Positions 17,501 to 24,934 of a stretch of 64,000 nucleotides of DNA are shown here, piece after piece (position 1 is the first letter of the stretch; each line of letters opens with the position of its first letter). Location: the IMG/VR virus record IMGVR_UViG_3300017991_005548, positions 124,001 to 188,000 of that record. The stretch is one strand, 5' to 3'. Position numbers and translations under genes: made by a program. Under the pieces are notes generated by a model, which saw nothing but the letters and a program-made list of their open reading frames with translations, did not search any database and was not told the origin of the DNA.

Positions 17501-19131
17501 TCTGAATTCCCAAGGATTTCAATCGTAACATGATCTGCCTCTAATCCTACCGTCTTTTGATAGTCGAGTAAAGTAACTTCAATATTTCTTGCCGCGTCAG
17601 GAGTGAAAACAAACGTGTCGTCTTTATCTCTTAACAATGCCTCGGCAGTTACACTTTGACTTTTCAAATCTGCAAATCCAGCAATGGACTGAGTTTCTTC
17701 ATCAAAGAATACAAATGGATTCGTGTTAATATCAACGCTTGCAAAAGAAGCATTGAATTCTGTTATCATGTTTAACATGAATCTATAAACACTACTTTGC
17801 TGTTCAGAATATTGGAATCTTGTTCCCTCATATTCAAAGTCAACACCATAAGTTTTGGTTATCCCTCCAATTATTCCTGTAAGAGAAATCGTCTTGGTTG
17901 TTGGGTCGGCAGTAATATCGTCAGATGTCTCGTCACCAACTGGGATGTTGTTTACATAAACTATGTATTGGCTTGATTCATCCCATACAAAATTTGAGAT
18001 ATCTGGGAGAACGTGAGTGTGGTCTTCAACAGTCCCAGTTGTAAACTCCTGAGTTTGCATTTCGTTCTCAACTATCTTATGATAGTGATTGTCAGCCGTT
18101 CCAACAATACCAACTGTTTGACCGTTACCATCAGTATCTATTGTAAATGTATGTCGATGTCCTTCGACAGTATCTGTTAGCTGACTTTCTGTTATGCTGA
18201 AATTTCCTCTTCTGCTTTCTGGGTTATAAGAGGTAAGAACTGCGTTTCTGAAATCTGTTTCAAGATTGATTCTTGCAGGATCGTATGATGCAGACCCACC
18301 ATGGTGATGGGCGGCAACAATTTGATTTGCATAACTGGTGATTGTAGATTCAAGATTCTTCAAAGTATTAACATCAGAAGTGTCAATAGAAACAACCTCA
18401 TTTCCTCTTGTTGTTACCAAACCTAAGAGTACTTTAGCTGGGGCCGCAGAAAAGTTTGGTGCTGAGTTAAAAGTAACTTCAGTAAAATGATTCGCAGAGT
18501 CATCTCTAAACTGATATGAGTATATCGCATCCATTTGAGTGTCGTAAGCTTCTTTTGCAACAATATAGTCATTAAAATCGTTGTAATCATTGACTGACGG
18601 TTCGGGGATCAAATATGGAGGGTAATCAGCCAAAGGCGGATAGAAATTAGAATATTTTCTAGTAACCCAAATATAAGTATCTGCATTGTTGTTTAAAGTT
18701 ATGACTTCTGGTATGACAACTTTTACGTAGGCATTTTCAATTGGTTTTGTTGGATTGAATGTTGGGTCATATTCTTGAACGACTGCGATATAGGCATCTG
18801 CTTCTGCATCAGTCATATCTTCTTCTGGGGCTTCTTGAAGTTTTACGACTTCAACTTCTCGATCTCCGCTAACCATACTTGATCTTTGTTTGACTGTATA
18901 TGGGCTTTCAGCGAAGTATCCATTAATAATTCCTCTACCTGGAAGTATTTGAACTGTTGTATCTGTTAGATGTTCTATTTCCCATCCTTCAATGACACCA
19001 ACACCAACGACTCCAACATATGACTCCATATTGTAGTCAACTGTGACGAATCTCTGGTATTCTGACTGAGCAGAATATGCTCCCCCTCTTGGGAAGTATT
19101 CTAATTTGAATCTTGGTGCAATTTTAGGCAT
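11590..19131 (-). CDS. Giant (2513 aa) tail fibre/appendage protein with Asp-box (BNR) beta-propellers and multiple HxH clusters; paralog of 39010-43377
   Basis: Asp-box-like motifs FKTEDQGKTW, YRSKDSGETW, YLTQDMITW, LRSSDLGKVW and YNSEDDGNTW. At least 12 HxH motifs. Its N-terminus aligns with that of the 1455-aa protein. Confidence 0.8.
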   Translation of the reverse strand: MPKIAPRFKLEYFPRGGAYSAQSEYQRFVTVDYNMESYVGVVGVGVIEGWEIEHLTDTTVQILPGRGIINGYFAESPYTVKQRSSMVSGDREVEVVKLQEAPEEDMTDAEADAYIAVVQEYDPTFNPTKPIENAYVKVVIPEVITLNNNADTYIWVTRKYSNFYPPLADYPPYLIPEPSVNDYNDFNDYIVAKEAYDTQMDAIYSYQFRDDSANHFTEVTFNSAPNFSAAPAKVLLGLVTTRGNEVVSIDTSDVNTLKNLESTITSYANQIVAAHHHGGSASYDPARINLETDFRNAVLTSYNPESRRGNFSITESQLTDTVEGHRHTFTIDTDGNGQTVGIVGTADNHYHKIVENEMQTQEFTTGTVEDHTHVLPDISNFVWDESSQYIVYVNNIPVGDETSDDITADPTTKTISLTGIIGGITKTYGVDFEYEGTRFQYSEQQSSVYRFMLNMITEFNASFASVDINTNPFVFFDEETQSIAGFADLKSQSVTAEALLRDKDDTFVFTPDAARNIEVTLLDYQKTVGLEADHVTIEILGNSEVTGVIRNENIFFVNAQKIASGVFEISQIPFLSHVGRTDEPFSPFNYPVISNDGINFLVTPSVTENTLDHYHNLLVNEENTGLTEQTYINDEPVYYAVGQDDETYLVAHLHSVQDGVVEDAESQGLLDWQNDINETTETDSSHTHEIIQSVIGDVKVAYSMFEDRFGNLYVGTSDDLIMIPNDDAFVFVINDLPFYETGTDLLEMFEKAKQNYEIETGTPLKITSDIYTLQIALAEETLTETGDSYLIVGKSESNSDADQTMIQKLSYIPVPNYKITDLKDFDEVGDDETLIAVQLRDVETNELLDPESEEVQERIAENPGSVKTVAKVERYLDGIPAISIEVQEITRNGVTTDKILTVGKDIVATNVNLQDNFYLSWEAPNTPSNVGVFKNAEQDEEGSVWVASNNGVLVLRSHNRSTILSNTTRPGESPNINDILVFTSNNVYCASDGIFKTEDQGKTWVEKLEGNYNQIEQDFKSMKVTTKLGHTHTLDVNINGNGTLELEDGHTHDVTDWTVQSANGHTHSLVITLYAVSNTKVYRSKDSGETWNFICNLPEEGENGKFFAYDGIMYLSKPDGIYRYSGGWNKISDIVAYSFQVSYDLESFFVGSVNEVYEYSSSFTSKFSFSGSPLPSLTLNGENVYFDYAYGNRSKTFYLKEITVTDQTITTLVNFDKWYAESGGWPTDVPYDIYINSKLIYSTKTDIDNRASRGWSFTVDPTLGLVDFSGTSSLTNGLSVYDNFIEVEDASQFQAGDRISIRKDELPPPTETVVAGGESGASAEQAAEAEAQRSVEEREVETSYLYRTITSVSDNIISFSPRSTIKIDTPATVYKLPNLDASSAIRLNIYDSFLTNIGTNTHEEIEDRLSYESDQRPYELNNAYLSNLLQLTQAVRYVYPEIDSEMIQSLFYDFHYSENPADENYYGNYIDIENSEAYSLVNFQSPFEAKGATSINKILIGTGTFSGNIIVGTDIGVFWARRNDNVNANWFYVWGLKRPVYDMSVFGDENLLVATDNGVYLTQDMITWTLQDQEAVRFPALSMSLRWPEDSFVVIPPHEASFKNIEGDPTVGIIKAAGGIYSELVPNRAVKIETISDPSNPKNNTSYVIVKATPNSIQVSPPFEEDPETIASVRLTMGSWWQQFDGEENLGNVDLTNTLLVGGKNKIAYTPYLGDFVWTSGLFDATVENVNIVNFLPISTGGILASAAGTDLSNVIHYILRSSDLGKVWSTYRKFEEVRGTIQSSKVSTFGHTIMSVSYTYPNDFRYADGELDKRNISIFAEGNDTPIFSGRVIFNSGFDSSIVVLGREANETIQSQSGNLAFEVYPVVVNDMVEADNGNILFGTDIGVYEDSQTTTGEFPYDGQIWSVGFPGQVTNIDVSGLIKSISVNPVNNAVVLSIEASDTISANQYKGRTLYVVDLPIVAGYTIAENSSRTIGGEITVELETEFVAIWLTYVGKRIKFVGDRSVLDVDFDFLTQNNQLANGKIYVSTDQNGNLGKEYTVVSNTSNQIIIDGTITPYNAETPDSTNEDIIPGQSFVGIDSSGKVNLDVVFTQNVVDNFLVDFDFQVTNGDSDAALIEGMTVYQNSRNKIILNDFSSLINTEIITTPVGLIIGSDDVFRLTGPIYQPLSSFNNKITSTDSSHYHDLDLVGGFVSGSIASFEQVLNATVKFEVSDTSLFNNALVQKDGTLFKDARIRFWNPLEIGVEYFSEVVQHTATTMTVKLLNNTNWDFTEYNNIKISETWSWEINATNYGYTKNIYYDDFVTSTHVVTEDIELGDSTIKVEDTTNMVNGDKITIISSANKSETNFIKSVIDSTTIKLEIVASNAYFVANTVQVKVLRDEFSNTHEHMVRNNQVETIQVEDYLIRGLPSQHTHRNTALIDVVSDMKKDQNNILVVGSSSFIYNSEDDGNTWENIADLNDFVEGNLEVNGIVRVESASGQTVAGTTGGEIFSTKKGSSEILPLIQPEVN

Positions 19132-19140
19132 AATTTATCC

Positions 19141-22100
19141 TTAATCGGTTGTTACTGTCCATCCTTTTCCTTGAAGGTTTGATTTTGCTGTTAGTCCTGC
19201 TCCAGTTGGGGCAGTATTCCCTAACGTATTAACGATTCCATTACTCAACCCATTCCCATCCAAGTCTATCAATATATTATTAACTGCTGTAGCAGAGAAA
19301 CTATTATTTCTACAGTCTACATCATCCAAGGATGTGTTACTTGACAAATCCAACGTTGTTAATGAGTTATTCCTACATTCCAAATCTTCTAGCACTGTGC
19401 AATTTGATACATCTAACGTTGTCAACGAATTATTTGAGCAATGGAGGATTTCCAAATCAACTAACAGAGATAAATCAAGCGAAGATATCGAATTGCTCCC
19501 ACAGTTTAATTGGAAAAGATCAGGGTGATCTTCAACAGCCAATGAAGTCAAACCATTAGACGGAACTGAAAGTACAAACAGACTTTGGTTAGTAAGATCA
19601 AGACTTGTTAGGAGAGGGTTGCTAGTGATACTAACATTATTTACACTAGTAAGTTGTGAAATGTCTATGGAAGTAATGTCTGAGTCATTTACAACAACCT
19701 GAGTTGGAGACGTTGGCGATATTCCTGAGGCAAATGCAGTATGAGATGGCTCACCATCCGTATAAGTGTGAGTTACGCTGGAAGTATCGAAGTATTTTGT
19801 CTCATCATCCATGTCCCAGTCAGTATTCCCCACTGCTCCACCACCTCCCAACGCGAAGAAGATACTATCTGGACTTGCAGATTCCGTAACAATCGTCATA
19901 ATTGGGTGACCAATGCCAGATGAAGAGCTAGAATATTCTTCGGAAGAAGTACTTGAACTTTCTGAATAACCTTCTGAACTTGAACTTTCGCTTTCTGAAC
20001 TACTTGATTCACTTTCTGAACTACTTGATTCACTTTCTGAACTACTTGATTCTGAATATTCTTCGGAACTACTACTTGATTCAGATTCTGAACTGCTTGA
20101 TTCGCTTTCTGAACTGCTTGATTCGCTTTCTGAACTGCTTGATTCGCTTTCTGAACTTTCACTCTGTGATGAGGACGATTCAGACTGAGAACTACTGGAT
20201 TCTGACTTGGACGAACTTGATTCACTTTGAGAACTAGAACTCTCTGACTGAGAACTAGAACTCTCTGACTGAGAACTACTAGATTCACTTTGAGAGCTTG
20301 AACTCTCTGAGTAGCCTGCCGAAGAAGTACTAGAACTTTCAGAGTATCCTCCTGAACTAGAAGAACTCTCTGATTGGGAACTACTAGATTCACTCTGAGA
20401 GCTTGAGCTTAAGCTTTGACTACTTTCTGATTGAGAGCTACTGGATTCACTCTGAGAGCTTGACGATTCAGAATATCCTTCTGAACTAGAAGAACTATCG
20501 GACTGTGAACTATTTGATTGACTACTGGAACTTTCTGAGACTCCTCCTGAACTGACAGAACTTTCTGAATAACCAAAAGAAGAGCTAGAGCTTGACGACT
20601 CCCCTAAACTCGAAGAACTACTTGAATCAAGAGAACTGGATGAACTATCGGAACTACTGGTATATTTAAGAACTGCGCTACAATCTTCGGTTCCTCGCCC
20701 CATGTTCCACATACCTTCCCTTTCGATGCTGTTAACAACTTTGTCAACAATCAGAAAGTTATCTAATACTCCATGGAACCAATTCCCTACACTTGATGAA
20801 CCCATATAAAATTCACTATTCGAATTGGCCATTGTTACATATCCAACGTCCACTTGAGAGCCAGAGATATCTACGTTCCTCAAATAAATTTTGATATCAG
20901 AAGTGTCATAAGTTACTACAAGATAGTTCCATTTGCCTTTTAGTAACGATTGGGAAGAACTTATTGATCTTGTGTTGATCCCATTGATCAAATCAAATTT
21001 TACTATTCCGTTCTCAACATATAAATCCCAAACCCCATCTTTAGAAGCGATATACTGTGTTCCTGTAATACTGTATGGCTTTACCCAACAAACTATTGAG
21101 AAGCTTTGATCACTGACTCCATCAGTAAAGTTTAGTTTGGTTCCAGCAGGAACCTCAATGTTCTGTTGAAGTAAGTTATCAAGAACAATAGCGTTGTTTA
21201 CTTTTCCAACAACAGACCTGGTTGAAGTATTTATTGCCACTCCATTCTGTTGCAAAGTTCCAATTTGAGAAAAGTCACCAGAAGAGTCCCACAAAAATGA
21301 GTTCCCATAATTCTCATTCAATTTCCAATATCCAACAATATTGTCACAGAGATCCCATTCTGTCTCCTCTATGGTACTGGATGAACTAGATGAAGATGAA
21401 GAACTGGAACTGAATAAGACGTTTTCTCCTTCTACTAGAGTAACCAACCCATCTTTCATACCAACAACAAAACTCATTCCAAATTCTTGAATAGAACTAT
21501 TGTCATAATCAAATTGAGCTAAGGTGTCTTCATCATCGACAGGAATAGTTATCGTTTCGATATTGGATTTCAAAATCTCCCAAGTTGATGGAACGTTTGC
21601 TTGTTCAATCTCCATCATAAAAGATGAGGAGAAGTTAGCTGTGTAAAGATCGCTATTGAAACCAGCCGCTGTCCAGAATGCAAGATCATATGTTGGTCTT
21701 TGGACCGAAGAAACTTCAATTGAGTCAATTGATGACAGAATCTCTATTTCTCCTTCTTCATCTGGAGATTCAAGAATCAATCCACCTCCATCAGCAACAT
21801 GCTCTTCTAAAATGTCAGGAATCTCTTCTGCGAAATCATCTGGAAGACCAATAAAATAGATAACATCAAATTCGTCAGCCCCAAATGTTTTAATATACTC
21901 TGTATCTATTTCTCTATAGGTTACTCCTTCAATTGAATCTATGTAGTTTTCGTAATATGTTTCAATGCTTTTAACAACACCAACATGCACTACTTCTCTT
22001 GGCAATTTCTGCCCAGCCCACTTGAGGAATGTTCTCCAAAAAGTTATTGGAGTTGTTCCATGGCCTGTTCGGAAACCTCCCAAACGGTCAGTAGTTATGG

Positions 22101-22146
22101 CAACTCTGCCATTAATATGTTCTTTTGTTATTAATGCTACATACAT
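19141..22146 (-). CDS. Modular structural protein: GATase/ThuA-like fold, LamG domain, ~245-aa Ser tract, PKD-like domain and leucine-rich repeats
   Basis: FDVIYFIG..LEEHVADGGGLILE; LamG motifs IVGYWKLNE, FSIVCWVKP, WNYLVVTYD, FHGVLDNF; LRRs L..L.C.NN.LTTLD(V/L)S; C-cap NLQGKGWTV. Confidence 0.85.
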   Translation of the reverse strand: MYVALITKEHINGRVAITTDRLGGFRTGHGTTPITFWRTFLKWAGQKLPREVVHVGVVKSIETYYENYIDSIEGVTYREIDTEYIKTFGADEFDVIYFIGLPDDFAEEIPDILEEHVADGGGLILESPDEEGEIEILSSIDSIEVSSVQRPTYDLAFWTAAGFNSDLYTANFSSSFMMEIEQANVPSTWEILKSNIETITIPVDDEDTLAQFDYDNSSIQEFGMSFVVGMKDGLVTLVEGENVLFSSSSSSSSSSSSTIEETEWDLCDNIVGYWKLNENYGNSFLWDSSGDFSQIGTLQQNGVAINTSTRSVVGKVNNAIVLDNLLQQNIEVPAGTKLNFTDGVSDQSFSIVCWVKPYSITGTQYIASKDGVWDLYVENGIVKFDLINGINTRSISSSQSLLKGKWNYLVVTYDTSDIKIYLRNVDISGSQVDVGYVTMANSNSEFYMGSSSVGNWFHGVLDNFLIVDKVVNSIEREGMWNMGRGTEDCSAVLKYTSSSDSSSSSLDSSSSSSLGESSSSSSSFGYSESSVSSGGVSESSSSQSNSSQSDSSSSSEGYSESSSSQSESSSSQSESSQSLSSSSQSESSSSQSESSSSSGGYSESSSTSSAGYSESSSSQSESSSSQSESSSSQSESSSSQSESSSSKSESSSSQSESSSSQSESSESESSSSESESSSSESESSSSESESSSSSEEYSESSSSESESSSSESESSSSESESSSSEGYSESSSTSSEEYSSSSSGIGHPIMTIVTESASPDSIFFALGGGGAVGNTDWDMDDETKYFDTSSVTHTYTDGEPSHTAFASGISPTSPTQVVVNDSDITSIDISQLTSVNNVSITSNPLLTSLDLTNQSLFVLSVPSNGLTSLAVEDHPDLFQLNCGSNSISSLDLSLLVDLEILHCSNNSLTTLDVSNCTVLEDLECRNNSLTTLDLSSNTSLDDVDCRNNSFSATAVNNILIDLDGNGLSNGIVNTLGNTAPTGAGLTAKSNLQGKGWTVTTD
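19920..20660. repeat. Ser-rich low-complexity tract built largely from 21-bp (7-aa SESSSSQ/SESSSSE) units
   Basis: ttctgaactgcttgattcgct x3 at ~20086-20148, related ttctgaactacttgattcact copies at ~19992-20050, and actgagaactagaactctctg copies at ~20230-20270. Confidence 0.9.
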
Positions 22147-24585
22147 TTATTGATTTACCAAATTGATTTTATCACCACTAAACATCAAAGCAAACTCATC
22201 CACAACAGGTAAGCTTGTATCATATGAAACCATCCTGATACCAACTCTTATATTGTCAATTTCTGGCATTTCGAAAAACTCATCAGGATTTATAATTGTG
22301 TAATCATCCCAGTCAGTTGAATTATCTGCATTATACCCAAATGTTATCTCAGTATTTGTTGGTTGAGTAATTGTCCCTGTCAACAAACCTTTCTTGATAT
22401 CAGATTCATTCTCAAGTGAGAACTTAACGGTATAGAAGTACTGTGCTCTTTTGGTTGAATATACCAAATTCACACTTGTAACTTTTGGAGTGAGGTCGTT
22501 GGAATTTGTTTCCATTAGAACCTGGAATTGAGCAAACTGCCCTTCAAGACGAACGTTGTTTAAATCCCTTACAATTGGATTAGCTTCACCATTATTTGAA
22601 TTGTAACAAGTTCCCCAAGGTGTTTGGCGCATCTCAGAGATAGAGTTTCCAGTTCTTATACATATCGTTATTTTAGTATTGTCTGGTTTATCTTCAGACC
22701 AAATGAGTTGCTTCCAGAAACCAATGTCTTCTTGAACTTGAAGGACGGGACTAACAAAAACAGCGGTCACCCTCTCAACTGGAATTGCAGTTGCGTCTTC
22801 CATATATTTCCATTTTTCTATCTCTTTGTCCTCATTGATTTCAATAATTCTTTTATATAAAGCATACATAAAGGTTTCAGCGGTTGTTTCGGAAGGATTG
22901 CCAAACCCATTTGTGACATCAGCATAAACCAACCTTTCCCCCGTTCTGTAGGCATTTAAAGTAGCCTCATCTGCATATAAGATTCTGCCGAAAGATGTTG
23001 CAAACAACACTCCACCATTTTGGGTATCTTTGGTCATGAAAGTAATCTCTTCACCATTATTAAAATGTATTATTGGAATTCCTCTGCTTTGACTGGTATC
23101 TGGTACACCTTCAGGCTCTGGTTCTGCTTCTGTATCAGTTGTTTCTGGTATACTAAACAACAATGAGAAGTCAGCATCACTTAAATCATAATCAGTCTCT
23201 GCTGGGGTTTCAGAAGCTGACAACCATTCGATGTACATTTGATAGTCCGTTCCATCCGCTAGTGACAATGGTATGTTCCACTCAAAAGTACCATCATTAG
23301 AAGTTTTCGGAGTTATTTCCAAGACCTCTGCTCCACTTTTATACAAAGCGAGTTTGACAGCATCGTTTACTCCTCTTGTTGAAGACCAAGTAATATCAAC
23401 AGTATCTCCAATTAGCCAAACCTCACCGCCATTTGGAGATGTCATGACTACTGTTTTCCCTGCATTAGGATCTTCCTCTGGTTCAGTTGGAGTCTCCTCT
23501 TCTGCTGGAGTAATATCTCCACAATGAACTAGATACAGTTTGTCTCCCATGGCCGCTAAATTGGCTCCTGTGTCAATATTCAGGAGTTGTTGTACCCCTT
23601 CTGCGTCAGTATCGAAGATGGGAGTGAGATTTCCTTGATAGTAGTTAAAAACTCTACCCCAGTTTCCACCCCCCACAGTGACTGTAGAACCATCTTGAGC
23701 AAAACTACCGATCCCAACCAATCTGTTATATGGGAATATATCAAGGATATCTTCATTTGACAACCCATCGGTTTTTATGATATCTTTTGTATTTATAAAT
23801 TCGTATGTTGTATGAGAGAAGACATTCTTAGAAACCCTTCTGGTTGTTGCAACATTATCTGGCTGTGATATTTCAATCTGCCAATTACTTCCGTCATATG
23901 AAACTACATTTTGAGCGTCCATTGCCAGGTAGATTTTGTTATCAAATGACGACATCTGGTTAATTGACGTTCCATAAGGTCTATAGAAAACAACCCATGC
24001 TTGATTTACAGCATCAAACCTATAGACAATTGCAGGTCTAGACGTTGCCGCATAAATTTCCCCATTATAGGATACAAAATTAACTACTTCTCCATTGGAA
24101 GTTTGATCAAGTGTAACCGCATTTGTTGTTAGATTTATCCTATAAATTAAACCATTAGGAGAAGTCCCTGCGAAAAGAGTTGATCCATTGACAAGCAATG
24201 CTGTGACAAGCTGATCGTCTAGTTGATAAAAGTTCTCCCATATGTATCTATCTTTACTCCTAATGATCATTCCGTCATTGCTGGTTCCAGCATAAGCATA
24301 TGTCGAATCGAATGTGATTGACCAAATAGATTTCTCAGAACTCTTTTCATAGATGAATGGCAATAGTCTCTCATCTTGGTAGTCGAGATAAGAAGAGCTA
24401 GAACTAGAACTGGAATCGATAGAACTACTAGATGAGCTAGATTCGGATTGAGAACTAGAACTAATGCCAAAACTCGAACTAGATGAACTACTAGTTGAGC
24501 TTGTACTCGATTCAGAAGAATACAAGTAACTAGAGCTAGAACTAGAGTCTAGTGAACTTGATGAACTAGATGAGTTATTGGCCAT
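22147..24585 (-). CDS. Structural protein: N-terminal Ser tract, beta-propeller, Ig-like (Kre9/KNH-N-like, SPNGGE) domain, C-terminal beta-sandwich
   Basis: Propeller blades (YAYAGT, LFAGTSPNGLIY, EIYAAT); MTSPNGGEVW...VKLALYK...GTFEWNIP; W..L.W...P..T.I.I.IR...QF.Q..V......P.V..V module. Confidence 0.8.
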   Translation of the reverse strand: MANNSSSSSSSLDSSSSSSYLYSSESSTSSTSSSSSSSFGISSSSQSESSSSSSSIDSSSSSSSSYLDYQDERLLPFIYEKSSEKSIWSITFDSTYAYAGTSNDGMIIRSKDRYIWENFYQLDDQLVTALLVNGSTLFAGTSPNGLIYRINLTTNAVTLDQTSNGEVVNFVSYNGEIYAATSRPAIVYRFDAVNQAWVVFYRPYGTSINQMSSFDNKIYLAMDAQNVVSYDGSNWQIEISQPDNVATTRRVSKNVFSHTTYEFINTKDIIKTDGLSNEDILDIFPYNRLVGIGSFAQDGSTVTVGGGNWGRVFNYYQGNLTPIFDTDAEGVQQLLNIDTGANLAAMGDKLYLVHCGDITPAEEETPTEPEEDPNAGKTVVMTSPNGGEVWLIGDTVDITWSSTRGVNDAVKLALYKSGAEVLEITPKTSNDGTFEWNIPLSLADGTDYQMYIEWLSASETPAETDYDLSDADFSLLFSIPETTDTEAEPEPEGVPDTSQSRGIPIIHFNNGEEITFMTKDTQNGGVLFATSFGRILYADEATLNAYRTGERLVYADVTNGFGNPSETTAETFMYALYKRIIEINEDKEIEKWKYMEDATAIPVERVTAVFVSPVLQVQEDIGFWKQLIWSEDKPDNTKITICIRTGNSISEMRQTPWGTCYNSNNGEANPIVRDLNNVRLEGQFAQFQVLMETNSNDLTPKVTSVNLVYSTKRAQYFYTVKFSLENESDIKKGLLTGTITQPTNTEITFGYNADNSTDWDDYTIINPDEFFEMPEIDNIRVGIRMVSYDTSLPVVDEFALMFSGDKINLVNQ

Positions 24586-24932
24586 TATTCTTTACCTTTT
24601 AATTCTACGAAACCTGGAGGGAGATCGACAGGAACACTAGGTTTATGATCCTTAAAATCTTTATTCCCCGAATCCTGTTCTCTATCCTTGATCATAACGT
24701 CATTTGGTCCTTGAGCAGTCATATCAACTTTTTCTCTTATGACAACACAAAAATCAAGATCTTCTATCTCTGGGATTTGACAATTTGTTCCAGAAATGAC
24801 AAACTCGATTTCCCCCTCATCTGTTTTAATAACATCTGCAAAATGATCAATTGTCATTGCTTCAGAAACCTCAACCTCTTCTGAATCAATTAATGATAGA
24901 GATTTATTAAATTTTATGATAGTTATCGCCAT
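24585..24932 (-). CDS. Small hypothetical protein in the tail cluster (likely start MAITIIKF)
   Basis: ATG at 24932 has a GGAG RBS and lies just after the upstream stop. Its TAA overlaps the next ATG. Confidence 0.65.
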   Translation of the reverse strand: MAITIIKFNKSLSLIDSEEVEVSEAMTIDHFADVIKTDEGEIEFVISGTNCQIPEIEDLDFCVVIREKVDMTAQGPNDVMIKDREQDSGNKDFKDHKPSVPVDLPPGFVELKGKE

Positions 24933-24934
24933 AA

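Noticed and set aside
19920-20420. Regular repeats that might be taken for a CRISPR array
   Set aside because: They are tandem, in-frame 21-bp coding repeats with no unique spacers, and no cas genes are present.
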